Source of the DNA: Patescibacteria group bacterium
GTDB lineage: Bacteria; Patescibacteriota; Patescibacteriia; JAXHNJ01
Reading direction: 5' to 3'
Assembly: GCA_034520665.1 (NCBI GenBank)
Contig: JAXHNJ010000001.1
Location: forward strand, 258,579-322,578
Length of the DNA stretch: 64,000 bases
This document shows positions 44,058-54,654 of the stretch, in pieces. Made by a program: the position numbers and the translations under genes. How positions within the stretch are numbered: the first letter of the stretch is position 1; each line of letters begins with the position of its first letter. Under the pieces are notes generated by a model. That model was given only the letters and a program-made list of their open reading frames with translations, searched no databases and had not been told where the DNA came from.

Positions 44058-46808
44058 ATGAATCTTAATTTATTTGCAATCTCAACTCTTCTAACTGGTA
44101 TTCTAAGTTTAGTATTAATTATATTTATTTTTGTTTCGAGAAAACGTTCTAAATTAACGAACATATGGATTCTAGTTAGTGCATGTGTATGTTTATGGAG
44201 TTTAGGGCTATTTGTTGTTTCTTCGGTTGAGAATGAACTAATAGCAGAAATTGCTCAAATAGTATTAGATTTTTCAGCTATTTTTATACCTGTCTTCTTT
44301 TTATATTTTGTTATACATCTTGTTGGTTGGGGTGATAAATACCGAAAGTTATTTAGAATTCTATTTGTTTTTTTTACATTTTTTGGTTTATTTAGTTTAA
44401 CCCCTTGGTTTAAAATTGGGGTAGAAAACAAGCCCCCTTTTCAATATTGGGTAAAAGTTGGAGATTTCTATTTATTATTTCCAATATTTTTTATTATAAT
44501 GGCTGCTATATCTATAATAATATTATTAAAATCATATAAAAAGACCTCGGGTTTAAAGAGACAGCAAATTAAATATGTATTAATCTGTGCTCTAATAGGT
44601 TTTGTGGGTGGTGCTACTAATTTTTTACCGCAATATTTGCCATTGTATCCTTATGGAAATTTTCTGGTAGTTTCATATGTTTTCATAATTGCCTATTCTA
44701 TAATACGTCATAGGCTCCTCGATCTTCGTCTAGTTGTCTCCCGCTCCATTATCTACTTTTTCTTGGTTCTATTTGTAGCGGCTATGTTTACTGGTGTTAC
44801 TTTTTTAACTGGTCACTTATTTGAAGAAGTCTTGGGGGTTAATACCTTTTTAGTTACTTTGGGCGTTTCTATTTTTATTGTTGCTTTTCTTGATCCGATT
44901 AAGCGCTGGCTGTCTAAGGCCACTGACCGGGTCTTTTTTAAGGCTAAGATTGAATATCCTGAACTTACCCGCAAACTTTCCCAGATTTTGGCGACTGAGA
45001 TTGAAATTGATGATTTAATTGAAAAGTTTTCCAAGAAATTGGCCCAGGGACTGAAAATAGAAAAGTCTGTTTTGGTTTTAGAGGATAAAGGAATTTTTCA
45101 TGTCCGAAAAATCGGTCATCCTCATACTAAACCCCTGGAGATGGATCAGAATAATCCTCTTATTAAATATCTAAGCCGGCACGACGAGATTATTATAACT
45201 GAAGAATTGCAAAGAAAAACCGAAGACGAAGCAAAAGTTAAAAAGAAAAAAGAGCTGAAAAAATCTCTAAATGAACTGAAAAAAATTAAAGCGGCGGCTG
45301 TGGTACCGATTAAAACTCAGGAAAAGCTGAACGCGGTTTTAGTGTTGGGAGCCAAGCTCTCGGGCGATGTCTTTAACCGCGAGGAAATAAGCTTGATTGA
45401 AGTGCTTTCGCCGCAGGTAGCCAGCGCTATTGAAAAGTCAAAGCTGTATGAAGAAGTTAAGTCTTTTTCTGAAACTTTGCAGCAGAAAGTGGAAGAGGCT
45501 ACTCAGGAACTTTCCGAGCGTAACCGCTTTTTAATCTCTTTGCAAAAAGTGACTAATATGATTACCCGCTCGCTAGACTTGAAAAAAGTAACTCAGAATA
45601 TTGTTAATTCTATCTCTGAAGAGCTGGGTTATATTGGCGGGCTCTTACTCTTTTTAGACCAAAAGAAAAAAGTGATTTATCCGGCGGCCATTACCGAAGC
45701 TAAACTGACCAATCAGGCCTTAAAGCTTTTACCAAAAAAAATGCAAGCATACTCAACCCCGATTAATAAAGACAAAACTCTGGATGGAATGGCTATTAAA
45801 GAGGCTCAGATAAAGTTTGGGTCCGGTTTTCAAGAATTTATCTCCCCGCCAGTGCCTAAAGCTGCCTGTCTGGGCATGAATAAACTTTTGGGCGTAAAAA
45901 CTATTGTGGCTGTGCCGATTTTTTCGGAAGATGACGTCATCGGTGTCATTGATTTTGTTACCAAAAAAAAGAGAGAAGATATTTCTAAAAAGGAATTAGA
46001 AGCCATGAGATCTCTGGCTGACCAGACCGGTATTGTTTCCCGTAATTTACGGCTATTTGAGCAAATTCAAAAAACTAATAAAGAGCTGGAAGAAGCTAAT
46101 GAACGGCTTAAGCAGTTGGATGAAGCCAAGACCGAATTTGTTTCTATTGCTTCCCACCAACTGCGCACGCCCATGACCAGTATCAAGGGTTATTTATCTA
46201 TGTTAACGGCTGGTGACTTTGGCAAACTTAAACCTGAACATAATAAGCTTTTAAAACAGCTTCTGGATGAGTCCGAGCGAATGATTCGTCTGATTAATCA
46301 GTTTTTAAATGTTTCTAAAATTGAAGCCGGTAAGTTTGAATTATCCAAAAACAAAATTAAGCTTGAGGAGATGGTGGCTAAATTAGTTGATGAACTAAAA
46401 AAGCCAGCTGAGGAAAAAGGTCTTAAACTTATTTACAAAAAACCCAAGAAAAAAATGCCTCAGGTAATGGCTGATTCAGATAAAATAAGCGAAATAATTT
46501 TAAATCTAATTGATAACGCTATAAAATATACTGAAAAAGGTAAAATAGTGGTCAATCTGGAAAAAGAAAAAGATAATATTAAGTTTTCAGTTAAAGACAC
46601 TGGCGTTGGTATTGCTCCGAAAGAGGCTAAAAATCTTTTTGGCAAGTTTTCGCGGGGGCCGGGAATTGCTAAGATTCAGCCGGACGGTTCAGGCTTGGGT
46701 TTATTTATTTCTAAAAATGTGGTCGAAGGTCATCACGGGAAAATTTGGGTGGAAAGTGAAGGCAAAGGTAAAGGCAGTCAATTTTGCTTTCTGTTGCCGA
46801 TTAAGTAA
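44058..46808 (+). CDS. sensor histidine kinase (multi-TM N-terminus, GAF-like domains, HisKA, HATPase_c)
   Basis: H-box FVSIASHQLRTPMTSIKGY. N, G1 and G2 boxes (LIDNAIKYT, DTGVGI, GSGLGL). Confidence 0.85.
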   Translation: MNLNLFAISTLLTGILSLVLIIFIFVSRKRSKLTNIWILVSACVCLWSLGLFVVSSVENELIAEIAQIVLDFSAIFIPVFFLYFVIHLVGWGDKYRKLFRILFVFFTFFGLFSLTPWFKIGVENKPPFQYWVKVGDFYLLFPIFFIIMAAISIIILLKSYKKTSGLKRQQIKYVLICALIGFVGGATNFLPQYLPLYPYGNFLVVSYVFIIAYSIIRHRLLDLRLVVSRSIIYFFLVLFVAAMFTGVTFLTGHLFEEVLGVNTFLVTLGVSIFIVAFLDPIKRWLSKATDRVFFKAKIEYPELTRKLSQILATEIEIDDLIEKFSKKLAQGLKIEKSVLVLEDKGIFHVRKIGHPHTKPLEMDQNNPLIKYLSRHDEIIITEELQRKTEDEAKVKKKKELKKSLNELKKIKAAAVVPIKTQEKLNAVLVLGAKLSGDVFNREEISLIEVLSPQVASAIEKSKLYEEVKSFSETLQQKVEEATQELSERNRFLISLQKVTNMITRSLDLKKVTQNIVNSISEELGYIGGLLLFLDQKKKVIYPAAITEAKLTNQALKLLPKKMQAYSTPINKDKTLDGMAIKEAQIKFGSGFQEFISPPVPKAACLGMNKLLGVKTIVAVPIFSEDDVIGVIDFVTKKKREDISKKELEAMRSLADQTGIVSRNLRLFEQIQKTNKELEEANERLKQLDEAKTEFVSIASHQLRTPMTSIKGYLSMLTAGDFGKLKPEHNKLLKQLLDESERMIRLINQFLNVSKIEAGKFELSKNKIKLEEMVAKLVDELKKPAEEKGLKLIYKKPKKKMPQVMADSDKISEIILNLIDNAIKYTEKGKIVVNLEKEKDNIKFSVKDTGVGIAPKEAKNLFGKFSRGPGIAKIQPDGSGLGLFISKNVVEGHHGKIWVESEGKGKGSQFCFLLPIK

Positions 46809-46914
46809 TAAGGACATTGGACCATGGACATAAGGACAATGAGGCTGAGGACTAATGAAATTAAAACTTCTTTATGTCAGATGTCTATGGTCTAAGGTCT
46901 TTAGATCAAAAAAA

Positions 46915-47334
46915 ATGAAACAAACCAAAAAATTCCTGTTGGTTGAGGACGAAGATTTAACCAGGCAAATGTATGAAGATGCTTTTAAAAAGAAGTACTA
47001 TTATTTATATTCAGTTAAAAATAAAAAAAAAGCTTTAAAAAAAATCAAAGAAATTAAACCGGGGGTGGTTATTTTGGATCTTTTGATTCCAGAAGAAAAA
47101 GAAAAGCTGGGTCCGCTGGATCTGCGCACACCAGTCGGGTTGGATATTTTAAAAACGATTAGAAAAGATAAGGATTTACCAAAAACCAAAGTAGTCGTTT
47201 TAACGGCTCTGGATAATGAGCAAATCAAAATGACTGCTCAGGCGGCCGGAGCTGACGGTTATTTTATCAAAACTGCTATGACTCCGGACGAATTTGCTGA
47301 TAAAGTAATTAAACTGGCGGAAGCTGAAAATTAG
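46915..47334 (+). CDS. response regulator, receiver domain only
   Basis: LLVEDE acidic pocket, phospho-acceptor Asp in VVILDL, conserved T and K (VLTALD ... YFIKT). ATG at 46915 preferred to the track start. Confidence 0.7.
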   Translation: MKQTKKFLLVEDEDLTRQMYEDAFKKKYYYLYSVKNKKKALKKIKEIKPGVVILDLLIPEEKEKLGPLDLRTPVGLDILKTIRKDKDLPKTKVVVLTALDNEQIKMTAQAAGADGYFIKTAMTPDEFADKVIKLAEAEN

Positions 47335-47512
47335 GTGTCTAATTGATAATTTTTAAATAAAAAATAACTAGTATCTTTTTTTAGGATTGCTTTTATTTCA
47401 CCATTTCGACCGAGGACGCTAGGACGAGTGGAGAAATCCTTTTATATTCTATAATTAAAGGATCTCTCGATTTTGCTCGAGATGGTAATAATTTGTAAAA
47501 CCGGGCAAAATA

Positions 47513-48499
47513 TTGTATAATAAGTTTAATATGAAGCTACAAGATATATACCGGCTTATCAAGGGATTAGAGAAAAAATACCAGATTTTTGCCCCGCAGG
47601 AAATTGATAACCGTCTTTTATTTGAAGAGCTAAAAAACCCTAAAGATTTTGATTACTCCGGCAAAATTCCGGAGAATTCTTTTAAACATATTCTTTTTCC
47701 AGATGGTCATGTTTTGTATGAATATGAGGGTACTAAAATAAAGCCAGTTAAATACAAATCACCAGACCTGGCTTTATTAGGTATGACTATTTTTGATATG
47801 AAGGCACTGGATTTTCTTAAACACGCCCTGGAAAAAGACCCTTATTTTCAGGCCCGAATCAGAAAAATGGTTGTTATTGGCCAGTCATACGTGCCTGAGA
47901 AAGGAGATTTTGCTGACGAAATTGAAAAAAATTACGAAGATAATGTTTTAGAGCACATTCAGTTTGATATTTTTATAAAGAGAGTGAATAAAGACAGATT
48001 CAAGCTTTACACCGGTTCGCAGAAGGGTCAGAAAATATTGGAATTTTTAGGGCTTGAGGACTATGAACATATTCAGTATCGCAGTCTGCTTTGTCATCTT
48101 GAGCCGGCCCAAACTAATAAAGAAAATATTATTAAAACTAAAGGTAAAAAAGTTTGGCAGACATGGGGCGACAAATGCCTTGGCTGTACCAAGTGTACGG
48201 TTAGTTGCCCGACCTGTTATTGTTATCAGCTTGAGCACGTGCCGACCGGTGAAAATAAAGGCAAAGTAGTGCGCCGCTGGTCCAGTTGTTTTATGGAAGA
48301 GTTTTCTGAAATTGCCGGCGGCCAGGTTTTCTTAGAAACCACCGGCGATAAAATTTATAACTGGTATTATCATAAACATGTACGTAATCATGATGAGCTT
48401 TGTATTGTCGGCTGCACAGGCTGCGGCCGTTGTGATAAGGTCTGCCCGGCTGGTATTAAACGCCTGGATGTTTTAAATTCATTGAAAAAAAATGAATAA
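47513..48499 (+). CDS. NiFe hydrogenase group 3b-associated iron-sulfur subunit (sulfhydrogenase beta-like, two 4Fe-4S motifs)
   Basis: CLGCTKCTVSCP and CTGCGRCDKVCP. Promoter TTGTAA, 17 nt, TATAAT at about 47483-47511. Confidence 0.55.
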   Translation: MYNKFNMKLQDIYRLIKGLEKKYQIFAPQEIDNRLLFEELKNPKDFDYSGKIPENSFKHILFPDGHVLYEYEGTKIKPVKYKSPDLALLGMTIFDMKALDFLKHALEKDPYFQARIRKMVVIGQSYVPEKGDFADEIEKNYEDNVLEHIQFDIFIKRVNKDRFKLYTGSQKGQKILEFLGLEDYEHIQYRSLLCHLEPAQTNKENIIKTKGKKVWQTWGDKCLGCTKCTVSCPTCYCYQLEHVPTGENKGKVVRRWSSCFMEEFSEIAGGQVFLETTGDKIYNWYYHKHVRNHDELCIVGCTGCGRCDKVCPAGIKRLDVLNSLKKNE

Positions 48500-48884
48500 T
48501 ATTGCCGGTGTAATAATTAAAAAGAATAATAAATATTTATTAGTTCAAGAAAAAAAGAAGAAAGTTTACGGTTTATGGAATTGGCCAGCGGGGCACATTG
48601 AAGAAGGAGAGACTCCGCAAGAAACGGCTATTCGTGAAACTAAAGAGGAAACCGGATATAAAGTAAAATTGATAAAAGAGATTAAAGATATTAAAACCAA
48701 AAAGAATATTAAAGCTTATCTCTATCAAGGAAAAATAACTGGAGGAAAAGAAGATTATCCAAAAAATGAAATATTGAAAATTAAATGGTTAGACAAAAAG
48801 GATATTGAAGAGATGAAAGATAAGCTAAGGCACTCGTGGGTATTAGAAGGCCTCAATAAATTAGAAAAATCTATTGGTAATTAA
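48492..48884 (+). CDS. NUDIX hydrolase
   Basis: Nudix box GHIEEGETPQETAIRETKEETG. Confidence 0.7.
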   Translation: MNNIAGVIIKKNNKYLLVQEKKKKVYGLWNWPAGHIEEGETPQETAIRETKEETGYKVKLIKEIKDIKTKKNIKAYLYQGKITGGKEDYPKNEILKIKWLDKKDIEEMKDKLRHSWVLEGLNKLEKSIGN

Positions 48885-48913
48885 AAATAATTGTTTACAA
48901 ACAAATAATTAAT

Positions 48914-49744
48914 ATGAAGAATTTATTTATACCCCAAGAAGTGAAAGTTCTAAAAGTAGAAAAAGATTCTATTGATACTAAGTTATTTACACTAGCTTTC
49001 GCTGATAAAAAGCAGCCAAAAGACTTTTCTTTTGAGCACGGTCAGTTTATGATGTTTGGTTTGCCTGGGTCTGGCGAGGCCGCTTTTGATATTTGCTCGG
49101 GTTCCAAAAATAATGAAAAGTTTTTTCAGCTCAACGTACGTCTAGTCGGTAAAGTAACTAAAAAATTACATGAACTAAAAAAGGGTGATCGGGCTTGGGT
49201 CCGGGGACCGTTTGGTCGGGGCTTTCCGCTCAATAAAATTAAAAATAGGAATTTACTGCTCATTGGCGGCGGCTGCGGCAGTGTCACTTTGCGCTCCCTT
49301 ATTTTAGACCATCTGGACGGCCGGTTAAATCCGAAAAATAAAGTACAGGTTTTTTACGGCTGTCAGAATCAAAAGACTTTGCAGTTTACCGATGAATATA
49401 AGGATTGGCAAAAGAAAGTTGATTTAAATATTATTTTGGAAAAACCGAAAAAATCATGGTCTGGCGATAAAGGTTTGATAACCAACCTTTTTAAGAAAAA
49501 AGAGGTGGTGCCTGTTCCGGTGGCCATAATTTGTGGACCGCCGGTTATGTATAAGTTTGTTATTGCTGAGTTAAAGAAGCTGAATATTAAAGACGAAGAT
49601 ATTTATGTTTCTCTAGAACGGCGTATGTCCTGCGGCACCGGCACTTGTCAGCATTGCGCTATTGGCTCTAAGTATGTTTGCCAGGACGGACCGGTCTTTT
49701 CTTTGTCAGAAATTGGTGACAATTATATGATGGACGCTTATTAG
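48914..49744 (+). CDS. hydrogenase gamma-like FAD/NAD(P)-binding subunit with C-terminal 2Fe-2S (PyrK/HydG-like)
   Basis: GPFGRGF and LLIGGGCG nucleotide-binding motifs. C-terminal CGTGTCQHC...C cluster. Confidence 0.6.
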   Translation: MKNLFIPQEVKVLKVEKDSIDTKLFTLAFADKKQPKDFSFEHGQFMMFGLPGSGEAAFDICSGSKNNEKFFQLNVRLVGKVTKKLHELKKGDRAWVRGPFGRGFPLNKIKNRNLLLIGGGCGSVTLRSLILDHLDGRLNPKNKVQVFYGCQNQKTLQFTDEYKDWQKKVDLNIILEKPKKSWSGDKGLITNLFKKKEVVPVPVAIICGPPVMYKFVIAELKKLNIKDEDIYVSLERRMSCGTGTCQHCAIGSKYVCQDGPVFSLSEIGDNYMMDAY

Positions 49745-49834
49745 AGAATGTATAATGTAAAATCTATAATTTATAATTTTCAGAATGATAAAGATCATTA
49801 TTAATTATACATTTTAAATTGTAAATTAAAAATC

Positions 49835-50041
49835 GTGTGCTTTTCAATCCCCGGAAAAATTAAATCAAAAAAAGGAAAAAATATTTTTATTGAATACGAT
49901 TTTGGTTTGAAAAAAGTAAAAAATTCTCTATGCCCGGTAAAAAAAGGGGACTGGGTCTTAGTCCAGTCAGATATCATTGTCAAAAAAATAAAAGCTGATC
50001 AAGCTAAAGAAATATTATCTTTAATTGGCTTATCAAATTAA
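49835..50041 (+). CDS. hypC: hydrogenase maturation factor HypC/HupF
   Basis: N-terminal MCFSIPGKI (canonical MC[LI][AG][IV]P); about 70 aa. Confidence 0.7.
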   Translation: MCFSIPGKIKSKKGKNIFIEYDFGLKKVKNSLCPVKKGDWVLVQSDIIVKKIKADQAKEILSLIGLSN

Positions 50042-50103
50042 TCGAGAGGCCAAGCAATCAATATATTAAGTTATTAAGAAAATAATTAATTTAAAATAAT
50101 TTT

Positions 50104-51021
50104 ATGAAAAAAGGATATTTATTAGTCAGTTTAACCGCTTTAATTTCCGGATTTTCAATTTATTTGAGCAAATTCGGACTGAGTGTGGTAAACCCTTATA
50201 TTTTTACCACTTTTAAAAATGTAGTGGTGGCTTTTTTCCTGCTTAGTTTAATTTTACTTTTTAGAAAATGGTCAAAAATAAAGGCTTTGAATAGAAAGCA
50301 AGTATTTAAACTTATATTAGTCGGTTTGATAGGCGGTAGTTTGCCTTTTCTTTTGTTCTTTAAAGGATTGACTCTTACTTCAGCCGTTCACGGCTCTTTT
50401 ATTCATAAAACTATGTTTGTCTGGGCCGGTCTTTTAGCCGTGATATTTTTAAAAGAAAAGATCAACAAAAAATTATTTTTTGGCATTATCTTTTTGCTTT
50501 TAGGTACTGCTCTGGTGATGCAAATAAATCCCAGCCCCTTAAATCTGGGTGACGCTATGATTGGCCTGGCAGTATTATTCTGGGCTGGCGAGCAAGTTTT
50601 AGCCAAGCATTTATTAAAAAATATTTCTTCACTAATTGTTGGATGGGGCCGGATGTTTTTTGGCTCACTTTTACTCATTTTATTTTTATGGGGAAGAGGA
50701 GAAATTTCTTACTTAACCCAGATAAATTCTAGTCAATTAATCTGGACTTTAGTAACTGCTGGCTTGCTTTTGTTTTATGTTTTAAGTTGGTACGCCGGCC
50801 TAAAAAGACTGCCGGTTAGCACTGCTTGTTGCTTTTTAGCTTTGGGGGCTCCGGTGACTTTATTGCTTTCACTTATTTTTGAACAAAAAGTAATCAGTTT
50901 AGAACAAATCTTTGGACTGTCTTTAATCTTTTTAGCCTTTATATTAATTATTGATATTAGAAAAATAATTAGTTCATCAAAAATAAAAAATGTCTCAAAA
51001 AGGATTGAAACTAGCGGTTAA
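50104..51021 (+). CDS. EamA/DMT superfamily transporter
   Basis: About 10 TM in two repeated halves. Confidence 0.5.
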   Translation: MKKGYLLVSLTALISGFSIYLSKFGLSVVNPYIFTTFKNVVVAFFLLSLILLFRKWSKIKALNRKQVFKLILVGLIGGSLPFLLFFKGLTLTSAVHGSFIHKTMFVWAGLLAVIFLKEKINKKLFFGIIFLLLGTALVMQINPSPLNLGDAMIGLAVLFWAGEQVLAKHLLKNISSLIVGWGRMFFGSLLLILFLWGRGEISYLTQINSSQLIWTLVTAGLLLFYVLSWYAGLKRLPVSTACCFLALGAPVTLLLSLIFEQKVISLEQIFGLSLIFLAFILIIDIRKIISSSKIKNVSKRIETSG

Positions 51022-51727
51022 ATATTCATATCGGCCCTTTATCCTCGGCTTTTGCGGCCCGCAAAAAAATCAGTATCATAAAATTCTCACTAATTATCTT
51101 TTAGGTGCGAAAGTTAAAAATGAGGCTATTGAAGCCATATTGCATCAATTTGTCGGCGCCTTTCCTTATTATGTTTTAATTGCCTGGAAAAATAATATTA
51201 AAGATGTTTTTGATCATCGGGTAGTTGAAGCTTATTGGCTGGGTAATTCACTCTTGTATAAGGTAAAACGGCAGGATATTGGAGTCATGATAATTACTTA
51301 TTTTCTGCGCCTGGGCTGGATAGATATGAAACGAGCTAAAGAAATTATTAGCTCTATGCCCCAAGGAGTTAAACCGCATCACACTTTTCACGTCTTTTTT
51401 ATGGGTTCGGTCACTGACACGATCCAAATAAAAGGTCGGGCGATTGACCGATGCCGTATTGGCTGGGGAGAAGTGACACAAGTAAAAAAGGAAAAATTAA
51501 TGATCAAAGCTAATTCTTTAAGTAGTAAATCAAAACTGCGCCTGCAAGCTAAAGAAAAATTTCAATTACCTTATGAAACTAATTTTACCCAAAAAATTAA
51601 AAAAGGAGATAGAGTGACTTATCACTGGGGTATGGTCGTAGATAAAATTAATAAGCGTCAGAAAAAAAATTTAGAAAAATACACTAAACTTAATTTAAAA
51701 CTTTATAATGCCAGTCAAAAAAAATAA
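50990..51727 (+). CDS. hypothetical protein inside the hydrogenase cluster
   Basis: ORF only. Confidence 0.3.
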   Translation: MSQKGLKLAVKYSYRPFILGFCGPQKNQYHKILTNYLLGAKVKNEAIEAILHQFVGAFPYYVLIAWKNNIKDVFDHRVVEAYWLGNSLLYKVKRQDIGVMIITYFLRLGWIDMKRAKEIISSMPQGVKPHHTFHVFFMGSVTDTIQIKGRAIDRCRIGWGEVTQVKKEKLMIKANSLSSKSKLRLQAKEKFQLPYETNFTQKIKKGDRVTYHWGMVVDKINKRQKKNLEKYTKLNLKLYNASQKK

Positions 51728-52466
51728 AAAAATATTATCCATAATTTCTTTAACCTGCTGTGAAGGCTGTCAGTTTGCTATTTTAGATCTAGGTGAGAAA
51801 ATGTTGAAGCTTTTTAAGCACTATGATGTCAGAGAATTTCATTTGATACAAGATGATAAAAAAGCCAAAGCAGTTGATGTGATTATAGTCGAAGGCACGC
51901 CGATCACTAAAGAAAATTTTAAGAAATTAAAAAAAGCCCGTCAGAAAGCCAAGTATTTAATTGCTCTGGGCTCCTGCGCTCATTTGGGTGGTATCCAGCA
52001 GATAAAAAATTACGGGGATAAAAAAAAGCACCTGGATTACGTTTATGATAAGCCGGCCGGTATTAATAATCCTGAGATAAAGCCGATTAGTCATTTTGTG
52101 AAGGTTGATTTTACTATACCGGGCTGTCCGATTAACAATAAAGAATTTTTAAGAGTGATGTATGACTTAGCTCAGGACAAAATCCCTCACATTGAAGACA
52201 AGGCGGTTTGCTGGGAGTGTCAGCTGCGCGGCAATGAATGTCTCTTGCAAAAAGGCCTGCCTTGCTATGGTCCGGTTTCTCTGGGCGGCTGCCAAGCGGT
52301 TTGCCCGACACACGGCTTTCCCTGTTACGCCTGTAGAGGTCCCATTAAAAAGCCTAATGTTAAGTCTTTGCGCCAAATATTTAAAAAACACGGATTGGAA
52401 AAAGATTTTGAAATTTTGATGCAGGAGTTTGGCGCGGCCGATGAAATATTAAAAAAAGAAAAATAA
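51708..52466 (+). CDS. NiFe hydrogenase small subunit (group 3b delta-like)
   Basis: Proximal-cluster Cys pattern LTCCEGCQ ... GSCA ... GCP. NuoB-like fold signature. Confidence 0.7.
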   Translation: MPVKKNKKILSIISLTCCEGCQFAILDLGEKMLKLFKHYDVREFHLIQDDKKAKAVDVIIVEGTPITKENFKKLKKARQKAKYLIALGSCAHLGGIQQIKNYGDKKKHLDYVYDKPAGINNPEIKPISHFVKVDFTIPGCPINNKEFLRVMYDLAQDKIPHIEDKAVCWECQLRGNECLLQKGLPCYGPVSLGGCQAVCPTHGFPCYACRGPIKKPNVKSLRQIFKKHGLEKDFEILMQEFGAADEILKKEK

Positions 52467-52496
52467 TTGATATAATTTATTATTAAATTTAAAATT

Positions 52497-52922
52497 ATGG
52501 AAAAAAAATCACATCAGGAAATTATAAATTTCCTTAAAAGTCAAAAAAATCTTTATCTTATGTGGATGATTGTACTGGTAGCTGAAATAGCCGCTTTGCT
52601 TTACACTGTCATCAATCTGATAGCTGTATTATCGGCTGGATCAGGCGAATTTAGTCAATCAGCTATTGGTTTTTCTATGGTCATCATTTCTTTTGCTTTG
52701 GTTATTCTGCTTTCAATAGTTATAATCTGGGGGATTTATAAAGTAGAGAAGTGGGTAATTTGGCTTTGGGTAGTTTCTCTAATAATTAGTTTAGGCTCTT
52801 TTGACTGGACTTGGGTTATACATTTAGCTTTGTTTCTAATTTATTATAAAGTGGTAAAAGAAGTTAATAAATTTAAAGAAACAGAAAAAAGTCCCACATA
52901 TAAAGAGTCAGCTGTTGAATAG
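52497..52922 (+). CDS. hypothetical membrane protein (141 aa)
   Basis: Four hydrophobic helices. Confidence 0.3.
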   Translation: MEKKSHQEIINFLKSQKNLYLMWMIVLVAEIAALLYTVINLIAVLSAGSGEFSQSAIGFSMVIISFALVILLSIVIIWGIYKVEKWVIWLWVVSLIISLGSFDWTWVIHLALFLIYYKVVKEVNKFKETEKSPTYKESAVE

Positions 52923-52944
52923 ACATTTTTTTAAAGATTAATTT

Positions 52945-54195
52945 ATGCGTATAAAAATAAATCACATATCAAAAATAGAAGGACACGCCGGATTTGAAGC
53001 TGAGCTTTATTCCGGCCGGATCAAAAATGCTTTAGTCGAAACTAAAGAAGGAGCCCGTCTGGTGGAAAGTATATTGCGAGGGCGGGACTATCACGAAGCT
53101 TTTGTGGTCACGCAGAGAATCTGCGGGGTTTGTCCAGTGGTTCATAATCTGACCGCTATTAAAGCCATGGAAAATGCTTTAGGTGTGAAAATATCTGCCC
53201 CTAACAAACTTTTAAGAAAAGTGTTGGAAAACGGACAGATTATTCAAAGCCACGCCTTGCACGCTTATTTTATGGCCGTTGGCGATTATTTTGGTTTAGA
53301 CAGTGCTTTGGATCTGGTTAAAAAATTTCCGGAAATTTCTCAAAAAGCTTTAAAAGTTAGAGAGTTGGGCAATAAAAGCATTGATTATATTGGCGGACGG
53401 ACCATTCATCCTTTAAGGACTAAAGTTGGCGGTTTTACTAAGTTGCCGGATCAGGAAAAACTTGAGTGGATTATTGATAATACCAGTCAAGCTATTGAAA
53501 CTGCTTTAAAAATTGTTGAGCTTTATAAAAAAATAAAATTTCCAGAATTTGAAAGAAAGACAGAATTTCTTGCTTTAAAAAACTCCGAGGAATACGCTAT
53601 TTATGAGGGTCATATTGCCACTACTGATGGCCTAAATATTCCAGTTGAAAAGTTTGAGCATAATATTAAAGAAATACAAATTCCTTATCAGATGGCTAAG
53701 CGGGCTCAGTATAAAGGAAAGCCGTACATGGTTGGAGCCATAGCCCGGATGCATTTGTCAAAAAATAAACTGCGGCCAAAAGCTAAAAAATTAATTAAAG
53801 AATTACCTAAATTTCCCATTTATAATAATTTTTACAATCTTTTTTGCCAGGCCATTGAAATGGTACATTTGCTTGAAGATAGCCAAATTCGTCTGAAAAA
53901 ATATTTGAAAATGAAATCAGGTAAAGCTTCGGTTGATTTTAAAGTAAAAAACGGCCAGGGAGTCGGTTCAGTAGAAGCTCCGCGCGGTACTTTATACCAT
54001 TATTATGAATTAGATAAGCAGGGTAAGATAAAGAATTGTAACATTATTACCCCGACCGTACAGATGCTATCTAACCTGGAAGCGGACTTGGCTCAATGGA
54101 TACCGGCCATGAAATATAAAAAGATTGAAAAAGAAGAAAAAATAAAAATGCTAATCAGAGCCTATGATCCCTGTATTACCTGCGCTACTCATTAA
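52945..54195 (+). CDS. NiFe hydrogenase large subunit (group 3b alpha-like)
   Basis: N-terminal RICGVCPVVH (RxCGxCxxxH). C-terminal DPCITCATH (DPCxxCxxH) Ni-Fe ligands. Confidence 0.85.
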   Translation: MRIKINHISKIEGHAGFEAELYSGRIKNALVETKEGARLVESILRGRDYHEAFVVTQRICGVCPVVHNLTAIKAMENALGVKISAPNKLLRKVLENGQIIQSHALHAYFMAVGDYFGLDSALDLVKKFPEISQKALKVRELGNKSIDYIGGRTIHPLRTKVGGFTKLPDQEKLEWIIDNTSQAIETALKIVELYKKIKFPEFERKTEFLALKNSEEYAIYEGHIATTDGLNIPVEKFEHNIKEIQIPYQMAKRAQYKGKPYMVGAIARMHLSKNKLRPKAKKLIKELPKFPIYNNFYNLFCQAIEMVHLLEDSQIRLKKYLKMKSGKASVDFKVKNGQGVGSVEAPRGTLYHYYELDKQGKIKNCNIITPTVQMLSNLEADLAQWIPAMKYKKIEKEEKIKMLIRAYDPCITCATH

Positions 54196-54302
54196 TCGTC
54201 GCTATCGCTAACGCTAGTTTGATCGCTTAGCTCGTTTAAATCGTTAAAAGCGTAAATTTTTAAAAAAATAATTATAAATTATAAATTAAACATTATAGAC
54301 AC

Positions 54303-54566
54303 ATGCATGATTTAATGGTGGCTAAACAAATTTACGAACTTATTGTTCGCTATTCTCACCGCAATAAGTTTACTCAGGTCAAGAAGGTGGATATTGAAGT
54401 CGGTCAGGTCAAGCACGAAGATCATTTTGATGATATTGAACCGAAGAACTTAAAAAAGAATATTAAAATGATGGCAGAAGACCCGGAAACTAAAGGTATG
54501 GAAATTGAAGTTAAAAAAGTTAAGGGCCGTGGATACCGACTGGTCTCTATTGAAGGCGATAAATAG
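54303..54566 (+). CDS. HypA-like N-terminal (Ni-binding) domain protein lacking the Zn-ribbon
   Basis: Starts MHDLMVAKQIYELI (HypA starts MHE...). No Cys residues, so the C-terminal CxxC...CxxC zinc site of HypA is absent. Confidence 0.35.
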   Translation: MHDLMVAKQIYELIVRYSHRNKFTQVKKVDIEVGQVKHEDHFDDIEPKNLKKNIKMMAEDPETKGMEIEVKKVKGRGYRLVSIEGDK

Positions 54567-54654
54567 TATTTGACAAATAGTTAATTATTATTTAAGTTAA
54601 AATACTTAAAATTAATTTTTTGTTCTTTTAAGTTTCAGCACGAGGAGGTGTCTG

